64,000 bases of DNA. Origin: an uncultured Candidatus Saccharibacteria bacterium. Lineage in GTDB: Bacteria > Patescibacteriota > Doudnabacteria > UBA920. Both the position numbers and the translations under genes were made by a program. The stretch is from assembly GCA_964473815.1 (NCBI GenBank), contig CAYYQK010000004.1, positions 68,493 to 132,492 of the forward strand, read 5' to 3'. Under the pieces are notes generated by a model. The model saw only the letters and a list, made by a program, of their open reading frames with translations. It searched no databases and had not been told where the DNA came from. Of the stretch, positions 1-8,570 are shown in pieces (position 1 is the first letter of the stretch; each line of letters opens with the position of its first letter).

Positions 1-179
1 ACCGACATTCCTATCCCCCAAGATTTTTTGACCAACATCAAAATGGCAGCGCCGCAGCCGCCGCCTGAAACTCCCAAAATCAAAAACGATGCAGGAAAAT
101 CATACAAAGATCCAATCCCCACACCCGCAATGAAGCAACACAAAAAAACCGCAATGATTTTCGGCCCATTAATATTCAT
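1..179 (-). CDS. N-terminal fragment of a membrane protein running off the window edge, possibly ComEC/Rec2-like
   Basis: ATG at 179, open to position 1: MNINGPKIIAVFLCCFIAGVGIGSLYDF...; hydrophobic; family only guessed from N-terminal style. Confidence 0.35.
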   Translation of the reverse strand, partial: MNINGPKIIAVFLCCFIAGVGIGSLYDFPASFLILGVSGGGCGAAILMLVKKSWGIGMS

Positions 180-227
180 GGTGCCTACATCATAACGGTT
201 CCTAGTTCAATTCTACGTAAAGTTTTT

Positions 228-1466
228 CTAAAGTTTTGATAAAGATTCCGCCACTTCTTTTAAACTCAACTCATTCTGCTCCCGAGTTTCCAAATTCTTC
301 AGTTGTGCCTTGCCAGATTTCGCTTCTTCCTCACCAATAATCACCGCAAATGGAATACCTTTGCTCTCAGCATATTTAAATTGCTTATCTAGTTTTGTAG
401 TTTCGTAATAGAACTCAACGTTCACGCCTTGCGCACGTAACTCACTGGCAAACTTTAGATATTCTTTTTGCAAATTTTCATTCTGATTTAAAATCAGAGC
501 CTTAATTGGTTGTACTAAACTCAACGCGCCCATTTCTTCCAAAGCTTGGAGCAAACGATCTACGCCGATACTGCCACCAACTGCTGGTAAAGGTTTATCA
601 CTAAACTGATCCACCAAACCATCATAACGGCCGCCACTACAAACACTGCCAAAATCTTTGGCATCATCTAAGAAAATTTCAAACACGGTGCCCGTGTAAT
701 AATCGAGACCACGCGCGATGCTGGCATCAAATTCAACTTTGCCTTGCAAACCATAATTGCTAAGCAGTTCAATTATTTTTTTCACATTTTCTGGAGCCGC
801 GCCGTTACCACCAACCAATTCTTTTGCACGCGCGATTTCATCATCAGAAATACCTGCATCTTGCATCTCTTTTACAATCCCATCCAAACCAATCTTGTCG
901 ATTTTGTCGATCGCGCGAATTGTATCTACAGAAAAATCTTTAAACACGCTGCGGTCATTCAAACGCACCCGATAATTTTTCACGCCAACTGCTTCCAGCG
1001 CAGAACACAAACATGCGATCACATCAACGTCTGACAAAATTGAATCTGTACCAACAGCATCCACGTCACACTGGTAGAACTCGCGGAGTCTCCCCTTCTG
1101 CGGGTTGTCTGCGCGCCATACTGGCGCAATTTGGTAGCGCTTAAAAGGCAAGGTCAATTGCCCCTGATTCTGCGCAACGTAACGAGCCAAAGGCACAGTT
1201 AAATCGTAACGCATCGCTACCTCACGATCACCTTTATCTTTAAAACTGTAAACTAATTTTTCATCTTCACCGTACTTGCCCATCAAAATATCTTTGTATT
1301 CCAAAACCGGAGTCGACAACGGCAAAAAACCAAACCGTTCAAAAACGCTCTGGATCTTTGTAAACACTTGCTGACGAGTGAGTTGTTCCATCGGACCGTA
1401 GTCACGAAAACCCTTCAACAAGCGCGGTTCAATTTTGTTATTCAGTTTGTCATTATTTTCAGACAT
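228..1466 (-). CDS. hisS: Histidine--tRNA ligase (intact copy)
   Basis: Motifs KGFRD, MRYDLTVP, motif 2 VWRADNPQKGRLREFYQCD, ARGLDYYTG, GGRYD, anticodon-binding C-terminus; start moved to MSENND, 6 nt after TATAAT. Confidence 0.96.
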   Translation of the reverse strand: MSENNDKLNNKIEPRLLKGFRDYGPMEQLTRQQVFTKIQSVFERFGFLPLSTPVLEYKDILMGKYGEDEKLVYSFKDKGDREVAMRYDLTVPLARYVAQNQGQLTLPFKRYQIAPVWRADNPQKGRLREFYQCDVDAVGTDSILSDVDVIACLCSALEAVGVKNYRVRLNDRSVFKDFSVDTIRAIDKIDKIGLDGIVKEMQDAGISDDEIARAKELVGGNGAAPENVKKIIELLSNYGLQGKVEFDASIARGLDYYTGTVFEIFLDDAKDFGSVCSGGRYDGLVDQFSDKPLPAVGGSIGVDRLLQALEEMGALSLVQPIKALILNQNENLQKEYLKFASELRAQGVNVEFYYETTKLDKQFKYAESKGIPFAVIIGEEEAKSGKAQLKNLETREQNELSLKEVAESLSKL

Positions 1467-1527
1467 GGCTAAATTATACCGTTTTTTGGGCAAAAAGAAA
1501 AGGAGCCTGCGGGCGCTCCGAGTTTGC

Positions 1528-2283
1528 CTAATTGATGAATAAGCCATCATCGGTTTTATTTCTCCATGGGACATCACAGAAAGGATAAACCAAATGACTA
1601 AGACATATATCGTATCGTAGTACCCGATTAAAAAACCATGCCGCGGCACCGCTCAGGCTCACAGGTTCCACCACACTCTCTTCGGCCAAATACGACTGCT
1701 CAACTTCGCGTCGTATATCTGAAACCTCCTCTCGCCGGAGTCCGTGACCTGGAGTAGATAAATACATTTCCCATTGAACCCGCGAATGGAGTACGTGGAA
1801 ATCCACCTCGTTAGAACTTCGAGGGTATGTGAGAATTCCATTGAGGACTTCGCTTATTTCGTGCCTTGGTTCCGAAAACATATATGGCTGAGGCATATAG
1901 GTGATGAAAGGATACTTTGGAATCTTTCCGGTCTCGGGCCAAGATTTAAATGGCTTATAGCGTTCAGCGAAGGCATATAAATACCGGTCTATCGCATAGG
2001 CCAAACAACGACCCGCATAGAATGGTATTACGATCTGCTCATAACCGAAATTGTCGACTTCGGGTAGTTGAGATTGTTGCAAATGACCTGAAATTTTCTT
2101 CAAAAAATGTTCACCCAAATTTTCTTTCATGGAATCTGCCGCTGTCCAGAGTGTTTGTTTGTCGTAAGCAAGCACAACAAACCACGCTGAAGGATTTGCT
2201 ACTGCCATGACTCCGATCCTCACTCCGTCTTCACCGACAGTCGTAAGAATCCGATTTACAATCGGATCGGGAATGTCCAACAT
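1528..2283 (-). CDS. Hypothetical protein (orphan, strong SD)
   Basis: 251-aa ORF from MLDIPDP with GGAGG upstream; no motif recognised. Confidence 0.7.
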   Translation of the reverse strand: MLDIPDPIVNRILTTVGEDGVRIGVMAVANPSAWFVVLAYDKQTLWTAADSMKENLGEHFLKKISGHLQQSQLPEVDNFGYEQIVIPFYAGRCLAYAIDRYLYAFAERYKPFKSWPETGKIPKYPFITYMPQPYMFSEPRHEISEVLNGILTYPRSSNEVDFHVLHSRVQWEMYLSTPGHGLRREEVSDIRREVEQSYLAEESVVEPVSLSGAAAWFFNRVLRYDICLSHLVYPFCDVPWRNKTDDGLFIN

Positions 2284-2356
2284 AAATGTTCCTCCGTGGT
2301 TTATTTCTGAGCAGATTGTACCTATTCTAAAATTTTGAGTCAAACAAAAAACAGGC

Positions 2357-2728
2357 TTATGCCTGTTTGCGTCCTAGAATGAAGCGTAATGTAGCGCCAA
2401 TCTTGGATTTTTTTAGTTTTTTAGCGCGATGCATAGTTTCGCCTTTTACTCGATGCAAAATTTCTTCAGTCTGCTTGAAACGCATGTAGCCATGCAAAGC
2501 AAGCCAGCCGCCTATCAAAATGAACGCACCACCCAAAACCATCATCCCTAAACCAGTTCCGAAAAATTTAATTATAGTCGCGCCTGCAGCAATTAGAGTT
2601 AATGAGGTTCGAATGTATGACATGAACGAAGTTTCGTTAGTCATAATAGTGCGATCAACCGCCAGATAATCACGCAGGATCATTTGCTCGTGATCTTTTT
2701 CATAGGGAATGTAAGGGTCGCCAGACAT
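2357..2728 (-). CDS. DUF202/YidH-family small membrane protein
   Basis: RDYLAVDRTIMTNETSFMSYIRT resembles the RDxLAxERTxLAxxRT signature, followed by two TM helices. Confidence 0.8.
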   Translation of the reverse strand: MSGDPYIPYEKDHEQMILRDYLAVDRTIMTNETSFMSYIRTSLTLIAAGATIIKFFGTGLGMMVLGGAFILIGGWLALHGYMRFKQTEEILHRVKGETMHRAKKLKKSKIGATLRFILGRKQA

Positions 2729-2833
2729 AGTTTCCGGGAATTGTTATTTTGTTTCAAGTTTCGTAACCGTTAAATGTATTATATCATAAATTTTTCGGTT
2801 TTGCAAATTGATTTTAGTTGATACAATTTAAAG

Positions 2834-4615
2834 ATGGCGAAAAGATACTTAGCTCCTAACGAGAAAATTGAAAATTACTCCACACTGGCTCTGTTAAGAG
2901 ATATTTTGCGTTGCATAAAACCTTATAAGGGTAAATTTGCGTTCGGAACTATTCTTAGACTAAGTGGTGATGTGATTGCTCTCTACTCTTATATTGCTTT
3001 AGCCAATTTGGTTAACATTTTTAGTAGTGGGCATGCCCAATCCCAGATAAACAGAATATGGCAGATTATAATTTTCTACGGCCTGTCTGTTATGACTAAT
3101 CACCTATTCCGTTATTTTGCAAAAATAAAGATAGGGATGGTTGCCGAGCAAGTTTACAATGACGTAGAAAGGCAATCTATGAATCATTTGTTTCAACTCG
3201 ATATCGCCTGGCATGAAAAAGAGAATAGTGGGAACAAATTGAAGCGGATTCAAACCGCTGCCAATGGGTTTTCCAAAATTATTTATATTTGGGTTAATAA
3301 TATTATTGAAATCATTGTCAATTTAATTGGCGTGGTTTTTATAGTTGCTCATTTTGATAGTTCGATTACCTTTTTAATCATTGGGTTCTTGTCTATTTAC
3401 TTCTTAATTTCCAAAGTCATGCTCAAAAAAGTGGCTGTTGCTAACTACAACTATAATGTCTCTACAGAAGAATTGACTGGGCTAGAATTTGAGTCAATAA
3501 ACAATATACGCACGGTTAAAGTCATGTCCATGGTTGAAAGTTTAACTAAACGGCTAAAACAACGTTTTGATAACGTATTTTTCCGAGCGGGTCATAAAGT
3601 TACAAAAGGGCAGAACCGAAATCTAGCTACTAACACCTTTGGCCATGCATCAAGAGTAATTGCGATGATATTAATAATTCAAAAAATTCTAGCTGGTAAA
3701 TTAGAATTGGGCTTTTTGGTTTTGTTTAATAGTTATTTTGGAAAAATTTGGGAATCCATCGATGAACTATCCACTGTCAGTGAGGATATTTTAGTAGCTC
3801 GCTACTCCATTTCGCGTCTTAATCTGATACTCGCTGAACCGATTACCATTGATAGCGAAAAGGGTAAGAAAAAAATCCCTGAGAATTGGCAGCGAATCGA
3901 GTTTAAAAATGTGTCATTTGCATATGGGGAAAATGAAGTCTTGAATGATTTATCTTTTACAATAAACCGTGGTGAAAAAATTGGTGTAGTAGGTTTGTCG
4001 GGTGCAGGTAAATCAACTTTATTTAAATTACTATTAAAAGAATATGAAAACTTCTCAGGACAAATTTTAATCAATGACGTTCCTATTGAAAAAATTAGCA
4101 AGAAAGATTATTTCCGGCATACAGCTGTTGTTTTGCAGGATACGGAAGTTTTTAATTTATCTTTAAAAGAAAATATATATTTATCTGGTGGTGAGAATAA
4201 AACCTCCGAGCAACAATTAAAAAAATCTATTGCCATAGCTCACGTAAACGACTTCCTCCCTAAACTCCCGCAAGGAATTGATACCGAAATCGGCGAAAAA
4301 GGTGTGCGCCTAAGTGGTGGCGAGCGCCAGCGCTTAGGCCTAGCTCGTGCGGTTTACAAAAATCCTGAAATCCTCCTCTTAGACGAAGCCACCTCACACC
4401 TCGACCTCGAGTCGGAAGAAAAAATTCAGGACTCACTCCATAAATTCTTCCGCAATGTCACTGCAGTGGTTATTGCTCACCGCCTCACCACCATTAAAGA
4501 AATGGATAAAATTCTTGTGCTCGAAAACGGACGCATCTTAGAGTCAGGCAACTTCGCCGAACTCTACGCTCAAAAAGGCCGCTTCTACGAACTCTGGGAA
4601 AAGCAGAGACTCTAG
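2834..4615 (+). CDS. ABC exporter, fused permease/ATPase (MsbA/MdlB-like)
   Basis: N-terminal TM domain; Walker A GLSGAGKST, LSGGERQR, LLLDEATSHLD, IAHRL. Confidence 0.93.
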   Translation: MAKRYLAPNEKIENYSTLALLRDILRCIKPYKGKFAFGTILRLSGDVIALYSYIALANLVNIFSSGHAQSQINRIWQIIIFYGLSVMTNHLFRYFAKIKIGMVAEQVYNDVERQSMNHLFQLDIAWHEKENSGNKLKRIQTAANGFSKIIYIWVNNIIEIIVNLIGVVFIVAHFDSSITFLIIGFLSIYFLISKVMLKKVAVANYNYNVSTEELTGLEFESINNIRTVKVMSMVESLTKRLKQRFDNVFFRAGHKVTKGQNRNLATNTFGHASRVIAMILIIQKILAGKLELGFLVLFNSYFGKIWESIDELSTVSEDILVARYSISRLNLILAEPITIDSEKGKKKIPENWQRIEFKNVSFAYGENEVLNDLSFTINRGEKIGVVGLSGAGKSTLFKLLLKEYENFSGQILINDVPIEKISKKDYFRHTAVVLQDTEVFNLSLKENIYLSGGENKTSEQQLKKSIAIAHVNDFLPKLPQGIDTEIGEKGVRLSGGERQRLGLARAVYKNPEILLLDEATSHLDLESEEKIQDSLHKFFRNVTAVVIAHRLTTIKEMDKILVLENGRILESGNFAELYAQKGRFYELWEKQRL

Positions 4616-4617
4616 GT

Positions 4618-4729
4618 AAAACAAAATAGGTATTCTCTAAGAACTCTCCTGAGCACAGTGTGCCGATCCTGGAAAGGATCGGAGCACACGTAGCGAAGCT
4701 GAGTTTGTGAGAATACCTATTTTTGTTTT
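4618..4729. repeat. Long imperfect palindrome (REP-like element or bidirectional terminator) between convergent genes
   Basis: Arms AAAACAAAATAGGTATTCTC / GAGAATACCTATTTTTGTTTT; inner hairpin CCGATCCT-GGAA-AGGATCGG. Confidence 0.65.
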
Positions 4730-4732
4730 ATG

Positions 4733-5935
4733 CTATTTCATCTTCTTCCGGATGAACGCTGGGATGTCGAGTTCATCTTCTTCTTCCTCTGCTTGCTGCA
4801 TTGGCACTGGTTCAACTGGTTTTGGACTAAAGATTGGTTTGCGAATTTCTGGACGGGCTGGCTCAATATCATCCATTGAAGGGTTTACAGGGGCTACAGG
4901 AGCAGAAACTGGTCGAGGTATCATGTCGTCATTCCCAATCGGCGCAAAATTAATGCTGCTGGGACGACGATTGTGTTCATCAAATCCAGTAGCAATAACG
5001 GTGATGCGAATTTCATCACCCATGCTTTCGTCAATAACTGTACCGAACTTCACGCGAGCATCTGGATCAACATTCTTGGTAATAACCTTAGCGGCTTCGT
5101 CGATTTCAAACATACCCAAGTCAGTACCACCAGTGATGTTGAACAACACGCCCTGCGCACCGTCGATAGTCATGTCGAGCAATGGCGAATTAACCGCAGC
5201 CTTAGCAGCAAGTTCAGCGCGGTTTTCACCAGCAGCCTTACCAATACCCATCATCGCGGTACCAGCGTCTTGCATAATTGTGCGGATGTCAGCAAAGTCA
5301 GCGTTAACTACACCGTGAGTAGTAATCAAATCAGAAATGCCGGCAATCCCCTGACGCAACACTTCATCAACAGTTGTGAACGCTTCAATTAATGAAGTCT
5401 TCTTGTCGATGATTTGCAAAATGCGATCGTTCTGAATAGAAATAATTGCATCAACTTTGTCTTTCAAATTTTCGTATCCAGCTTCGGCAATTTCTTTACG
5501 CTTGCTGCCTTCAAAAGTGAACGGCTTGGTTACAACTGCAATGGTTAAAATGTCGCGGTTCTTGGCAAGCTCTGCCACAATCGGCGCTGCACCAGTTCCA
5601 GTTCCCCCGCCAAGACCACAAGTGATGAATACCATGTCAGCATTAGAAATAACTTCTTCGATTTCTTCTTGTGATTCTTCAGCGGCCTGACGACCAAGCT
5701 CCGGATTCATTCCACTACCAAGACCTTTGGTAATAGATTTACCAATGTGGACTTTTTTATCAGCTTGATTGTTGTGCAAAGCCTGAGCATCGGTGTTCAC
5801 AGAAATAAATTCCACACCTTTAATGCCAAGCTGAGCCATCCGGCTTACTGCAGTGGTTCCGGAGCCACCAATACCCATAACTTTAATGCGGGCAAATGTT
5901 TCGATTTTAGGTTTCACTTCCATAGGTTTTTTCAT
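4733..5935 (-). CDS. ftsZ: Cell division protein FtsZ
   Basis: NTDAQAL, GGGTGTG, NADFAD, C-terminal LDIPAFIRK; start could be 5935 or 5923. Confidence 0.98.
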   Translation of the reverse strand: MKKPMEVKPKIETFARIKVMGIGGSGTTAVSRMAQLGIKGVEFISVNTDAQALHNNQADKKVHIGKSITKGLGSGMNPELGRQAAEESQEEIEEVISNADMVFITCGLGGGTGTGAAPIVAELAKNRDILTIAVVTKPFTFEGSKRKEIAEAGYENLKDKVDAIISIQNDRILQIIDKKTSLIEAFTTVDEVLRQGIAGISDLITTHGVVNADFADIRTIMQDAGTAMMGIGKAAGENRAELAAKAAVNSPLLDMTIDGAQGVLFNITGGTDLGMFEIDEAAKVITKNVDPDARVKFGTVIDESMGDEIRITVIATGFDEHNRRPSSINFAPIGNDDMIPRPVSAPVAPVNPSMDDIEPARPEIRKPIFSPKPVEPVPMQQAEEEEDELDIPAFIRKKMK

Positions 5936-6054
5936 GCTTTTGCTTTTCACTTACTAAGATTAAAGAAAAAAACGCAAAATAACAACTCAAATTTGAGGGG
6001 GTTTAAATTGTTGTTTTGCGTTTTTTGTTTGATTTTTCAGCCGCTAAGTAGCTT

Positions 6055-7302
6055 TTAGGGCATAATGGCCTTGAACCATTTCTTTAATTTTACCACATTC
6101 TGATTTTCCAACAACCCTTTAATCGGACTGGTAAAATTAAACCCGCCAAAGCCACTTGTGAAGTTTCCACCCCACAAAGCCAACCCCACTACGGTTGCGA
6201 ACGATGGGTCTACCACTTGGTCAATAATGGTATCAGTTTCAGTAGGTACTCCAATTGATACAGGCAAGCGCAAGTAGTGTTTTGCGAATTCAACTATTCC
6301 TGGGAGCGCTGCTCCCCCACCGGTGATAACAATTCCAGCCGGGAGCTTGCCGTCGCGGTCGATGCGTTTTAATTCTGCAGTGATGCGATCAAAAATTTCT
6401 TCTAAACGTGCTTCGATAATTTCTGCAACAAGTTGTTGTGGAATGCGAGATTCTTCTTGCGGATCAATTCTCGACATATCAATTTCTGCAAGCTTGTCGA
6501 CAAGTGCTGGTGCTGCCTGACCATATTGCAACTTCACTTTTTCTGCAGTGTCGATTGTACAACGAAGCCCGATGGCAATGTCATTAGTCATGTGCATGCT
6601 ACCGATTGGAATAATTGCTGTATGTAATAAATTATTTTCTTCGTAAACAGCCAAACTTGTTGTTCCAGCACCAAGGTCAATTAACGCAACGCCCAATTCT
6701 TTTTGGCGCTTGTTCAAAACGGACTGACCAGCAGCCAACGGTGACAATACCAACTGATCAACTTCCAAACCTGCCTGAGTAATAGCTTTGTTCAAGTTCT
6801 TCAAGAACGGCAACGCGCCATGAATAATAATCGTTTCAACCTCAAGACGAATACCAGTCATGCCGATCGGGTCTTTAATCCCGGCCTGGCCATCCAAAGT
6901 AAATGTTTTTGGAATAACGTGAATGACTTCGCGGTTCGGCGGAATGGACACAGCTTGTGAAGCATCAATAACGCGAATAACATCATTTTCAGAAATTTCG
7001 CCATCCGCACGCGACACAGCAATCACGCCCTTACTGTCCATGCAAGCGATGTGATTACCACCAACCGAAACATTGGCATGTGTAACCGGTACGCCGGTCA
7101 TGCGCTCAACTTTTTCCAACACTGCTGAAATAGAAGATACTGCTTCATCAATATCAACTATAACTCCTTTACGAAGTCCGTTAGCAGGAACACTCGCCGC
7201 ACCAATAATATTGATGCGCCCAGTTTCTTCGAGCTTCCCCTGGACTACGCGAATTGTGTGAGTGCCGACATCGAGGCCAACAATGTATTGTTCTTTTGCC
7301 AT
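6055..7302 (-). CDS. ftsA: Cell division protein FtsA
   Basis: GLDVGT, GLRKGVIVD, IDLGAGTT, ITGGGA; upstream of ftsZ. Confidence 0.97.
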   Translation of the reverse strand: MAKEQYIVGLDVGTHTIRVVQGKLEETGRINIIGAASVPANGLRKGVIVDIDEAVSSISAVLEKVERMTGVPVTHANVSVGGNHIACMDSKGVIAVSRADGEISENDVIRVIDASQAVSIPPNREVIHVIPKTFTLDGQAGIKDPIGMTGIRLEVETIIIHGALPFLKNLNKAITQAGLEVDQLVLSPLAAGQSVLNKRQKELGVALIDLGAGTTSLAVYEENNLLHTAIIPIGSMHMTNDIAIGLRCTIDTAEKVKLQYGQAAPALVDKLAEIDMSRIDPQEESRIPQQLVAEIIEARLEEIFDRITAELKRIDRDGKLPAGIVITGGGAALPGIVEFAKHYLRLPVSIGVPTETDTIIDQVVDPSFATVVGLALWGGNFTSGFGGFNFTSPIKGLLENQNVVKLKKWFKAIMP

Positions 7303-7335
7303 GCTTTTGTTTTCTGTTCTTAACTTTGTCTGATG

Positions 7336-7776
7336 CTAGTTCAATTTTTCTTTTAAGATTTTCGCAATTAAGGCACCGTCTGCAGTGTTACCAAAGTGCC
7401 CTTTTAACTGACCCATGGCTGCACCAAAATCTGCTTTACCCCAAGAATTGGCAGCAATTTTTTCGTCTATAACTTTTGTAATTTCTTCTTCACTAACCTG
7501 CTCTGGTAAAAACTGTTCTAAAATTTTCAATTCTGCTTCTTCTTTGTCGGCTTGCTCTTGGCGGCCACCGTCACGGAATGCTGTAGCGGCTTCTTTGCGG
7601 CGTTTAGCCTCAGACTGGACCAATAACAAAACATCAGCCTCAGTTAATTCTGAGCCCTTTGCAATTTGATCATTTTGAATTCGAGTTTTTAAGGCCCTGA
7701 GTGTATCCGCTGCGATTTGATCACGAGCTTTTACAGCTGTTTGCAATGCAGTTTCCACTGCAGTGAGATTGACCAT
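7336..7776 (-). CDS. GatB/YqeY domain protein
   Basis: AKRRKEAATAFRDGGRQEQADKEEAELKILEQFLPEQ; downstream of rpsU as usual. Confidence 0.9.
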   Translation of the reverse strand: MVNLTAVETALQTAVKARDQIAADTLRALKTRIQNDQIAKGSELTEADVLLLVQSEAKRRKEAATAFRDGGRQEQADKEEAELKILEQFLPEQVSEEEITKVIDEKIAANSWGKADFGAAMGQLKGHFGNTADGALIAKILKEKLN

Positions 7777-7817
7777 GAGTTTTGTTTAAGGATGAGGTGG
7801 CTTCGCTAATTTAGAAT

Positions 7818-8051
7818 TTAGCGACCGCGGCCAGTTTTGAGAGGTTTGCCAAGGCGTTTGGCTTCTTCACGGACGACGCGCATTTCAGAGCGACGTTGCG
7901 CTGCACTGCGCTGCAAGTTGCGGGACTTGGTTGGAGCGAAAAAACGAGTCTTGCGGGCACGCACTAAAACACCGCTTTGTTGAATTTTGCGGTTAAAACG
8001 GCGCAATAAACTATCAAAATTTTCGTTATCTTTACGTTTTACTTCTACCAA
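7818..8051 (-). CDS. rpsU: 30S ribosomal protein bS21
   Basis: EVKRKDNENFDSLLRRFNRKIQQSG; TTG start preceded by GTGAGGTGA. Confidence 0.9.
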   Translation of the reverse strand: MVEVKRKDNENFDSLLRRFNRKIQQSGVLVRARKTRFFAPTKSRNLQRSAAQRRSEMRVVREEAKRLGKPLKTGRGR

Positions 8052-8136
8052 TTATGTTCACCTCACTTCAAATGTTTAAGCCAGCGCTCTGTTTCGCCTA
8101 TTGCGAAAAGCCGGCGCTGCGCTTTAGTCATTTACT

Positions 8137-8166
8137 ATTATACAATTTTTCTTAATAAATAGTCAA
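8137..8166 (-). promoter_or_regulatory. Sigma70-type promoter for the rpsU operon
   Basis: Minus strand TTGACT-18 nt-TATAAT, then a GC-rich hairpin (8079-8124) in the 5' UTR. Confidence 0.6.
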
Positions 8167-8171
8167 ATAAC

Positions 8172-8203
8172 AAAAAAAATCACCCTCATAAGTAAGGGTG
8201 ATT
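8172..8203 (-). terminator. Intrinsic terminator after the HIT gene
   Basis: AATCACCCT/AGGGTGATT stem followed by a T-tract on the minus strand. Confidence 0.7.
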
Positions 8204-8215
8204 CAATTCTGCTTT

Positions 8216-8560
8216 TTAAACTTCTAATTGCTTCCCGCCAAGTAAGTGCAAATGCAAATGCGGGATAATCTGACCACCTTCTTTTCCATTATTGAAGATG
8301 AGTTTGTAACCAGACTCAGAGACCCCGGCCTCAGCCGCGTAATTTTTAGCAGCGAAGATTATCTCGGCGATTAAATTTTTATCAGACTCAGCAAGCCCAT
8401 TTACCGAAACAATGTGACGCTTTGGCATCACCAAAACATGCACAGGTGCTTTAGGCATAATGTCCTTAATGATAATCACATCATCATTTTCAAACAAAAT
8501 ATTCGAAGGTGTTTGCTTGTTAACAATACTGCAAAACAAACAATCGTGGTTTGATTCCAT
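8216..8560 (-). CDS. Histidine triad nucleotide-binding protein (HINT family)
   Basis: DCLFCSIV, PKAPVHVLVMPKRHI, HLHLHLLGG triad. Confidence 0.93.
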   Translation of the reverse strand: MESNHDCLFCSIVNKQTPSNILFENDDVIIIKDIMPKAPVHVLVMPKRHIVSVNGLAESDKNLIAEIIFAAKNYAAEAGVSESGYKLIFNNGKEGGQIIPHLHLHLLGGKQLEV

Positions 8561-8570
8561 ATCTTTATAT

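Noticed and set aside
1467-1649. N-terminal extensions in the ORF track for hisS (also trxB 62642, rpsF 57084, HIT 8602)
   Set aside because: They overlap neighbouring genes or promoters; downstream ATGs match the family N-termini
4658-4700. GGAA-tetraloop hairpin as SRP (4.5S) RNA
   Set aside because: Lacks the conserved domain IV internal loop (CAGG/AGCA) next to the tetraloop and sits in a palindrome between convergent genes
4707-5392. Long ORFs antisense to ftsZ (and similar ones opposite der, dnaK, uvrA, trxB)
   Set aside because: Shadow ORFs on the reverse strand of well-conserved genes; no independent signals
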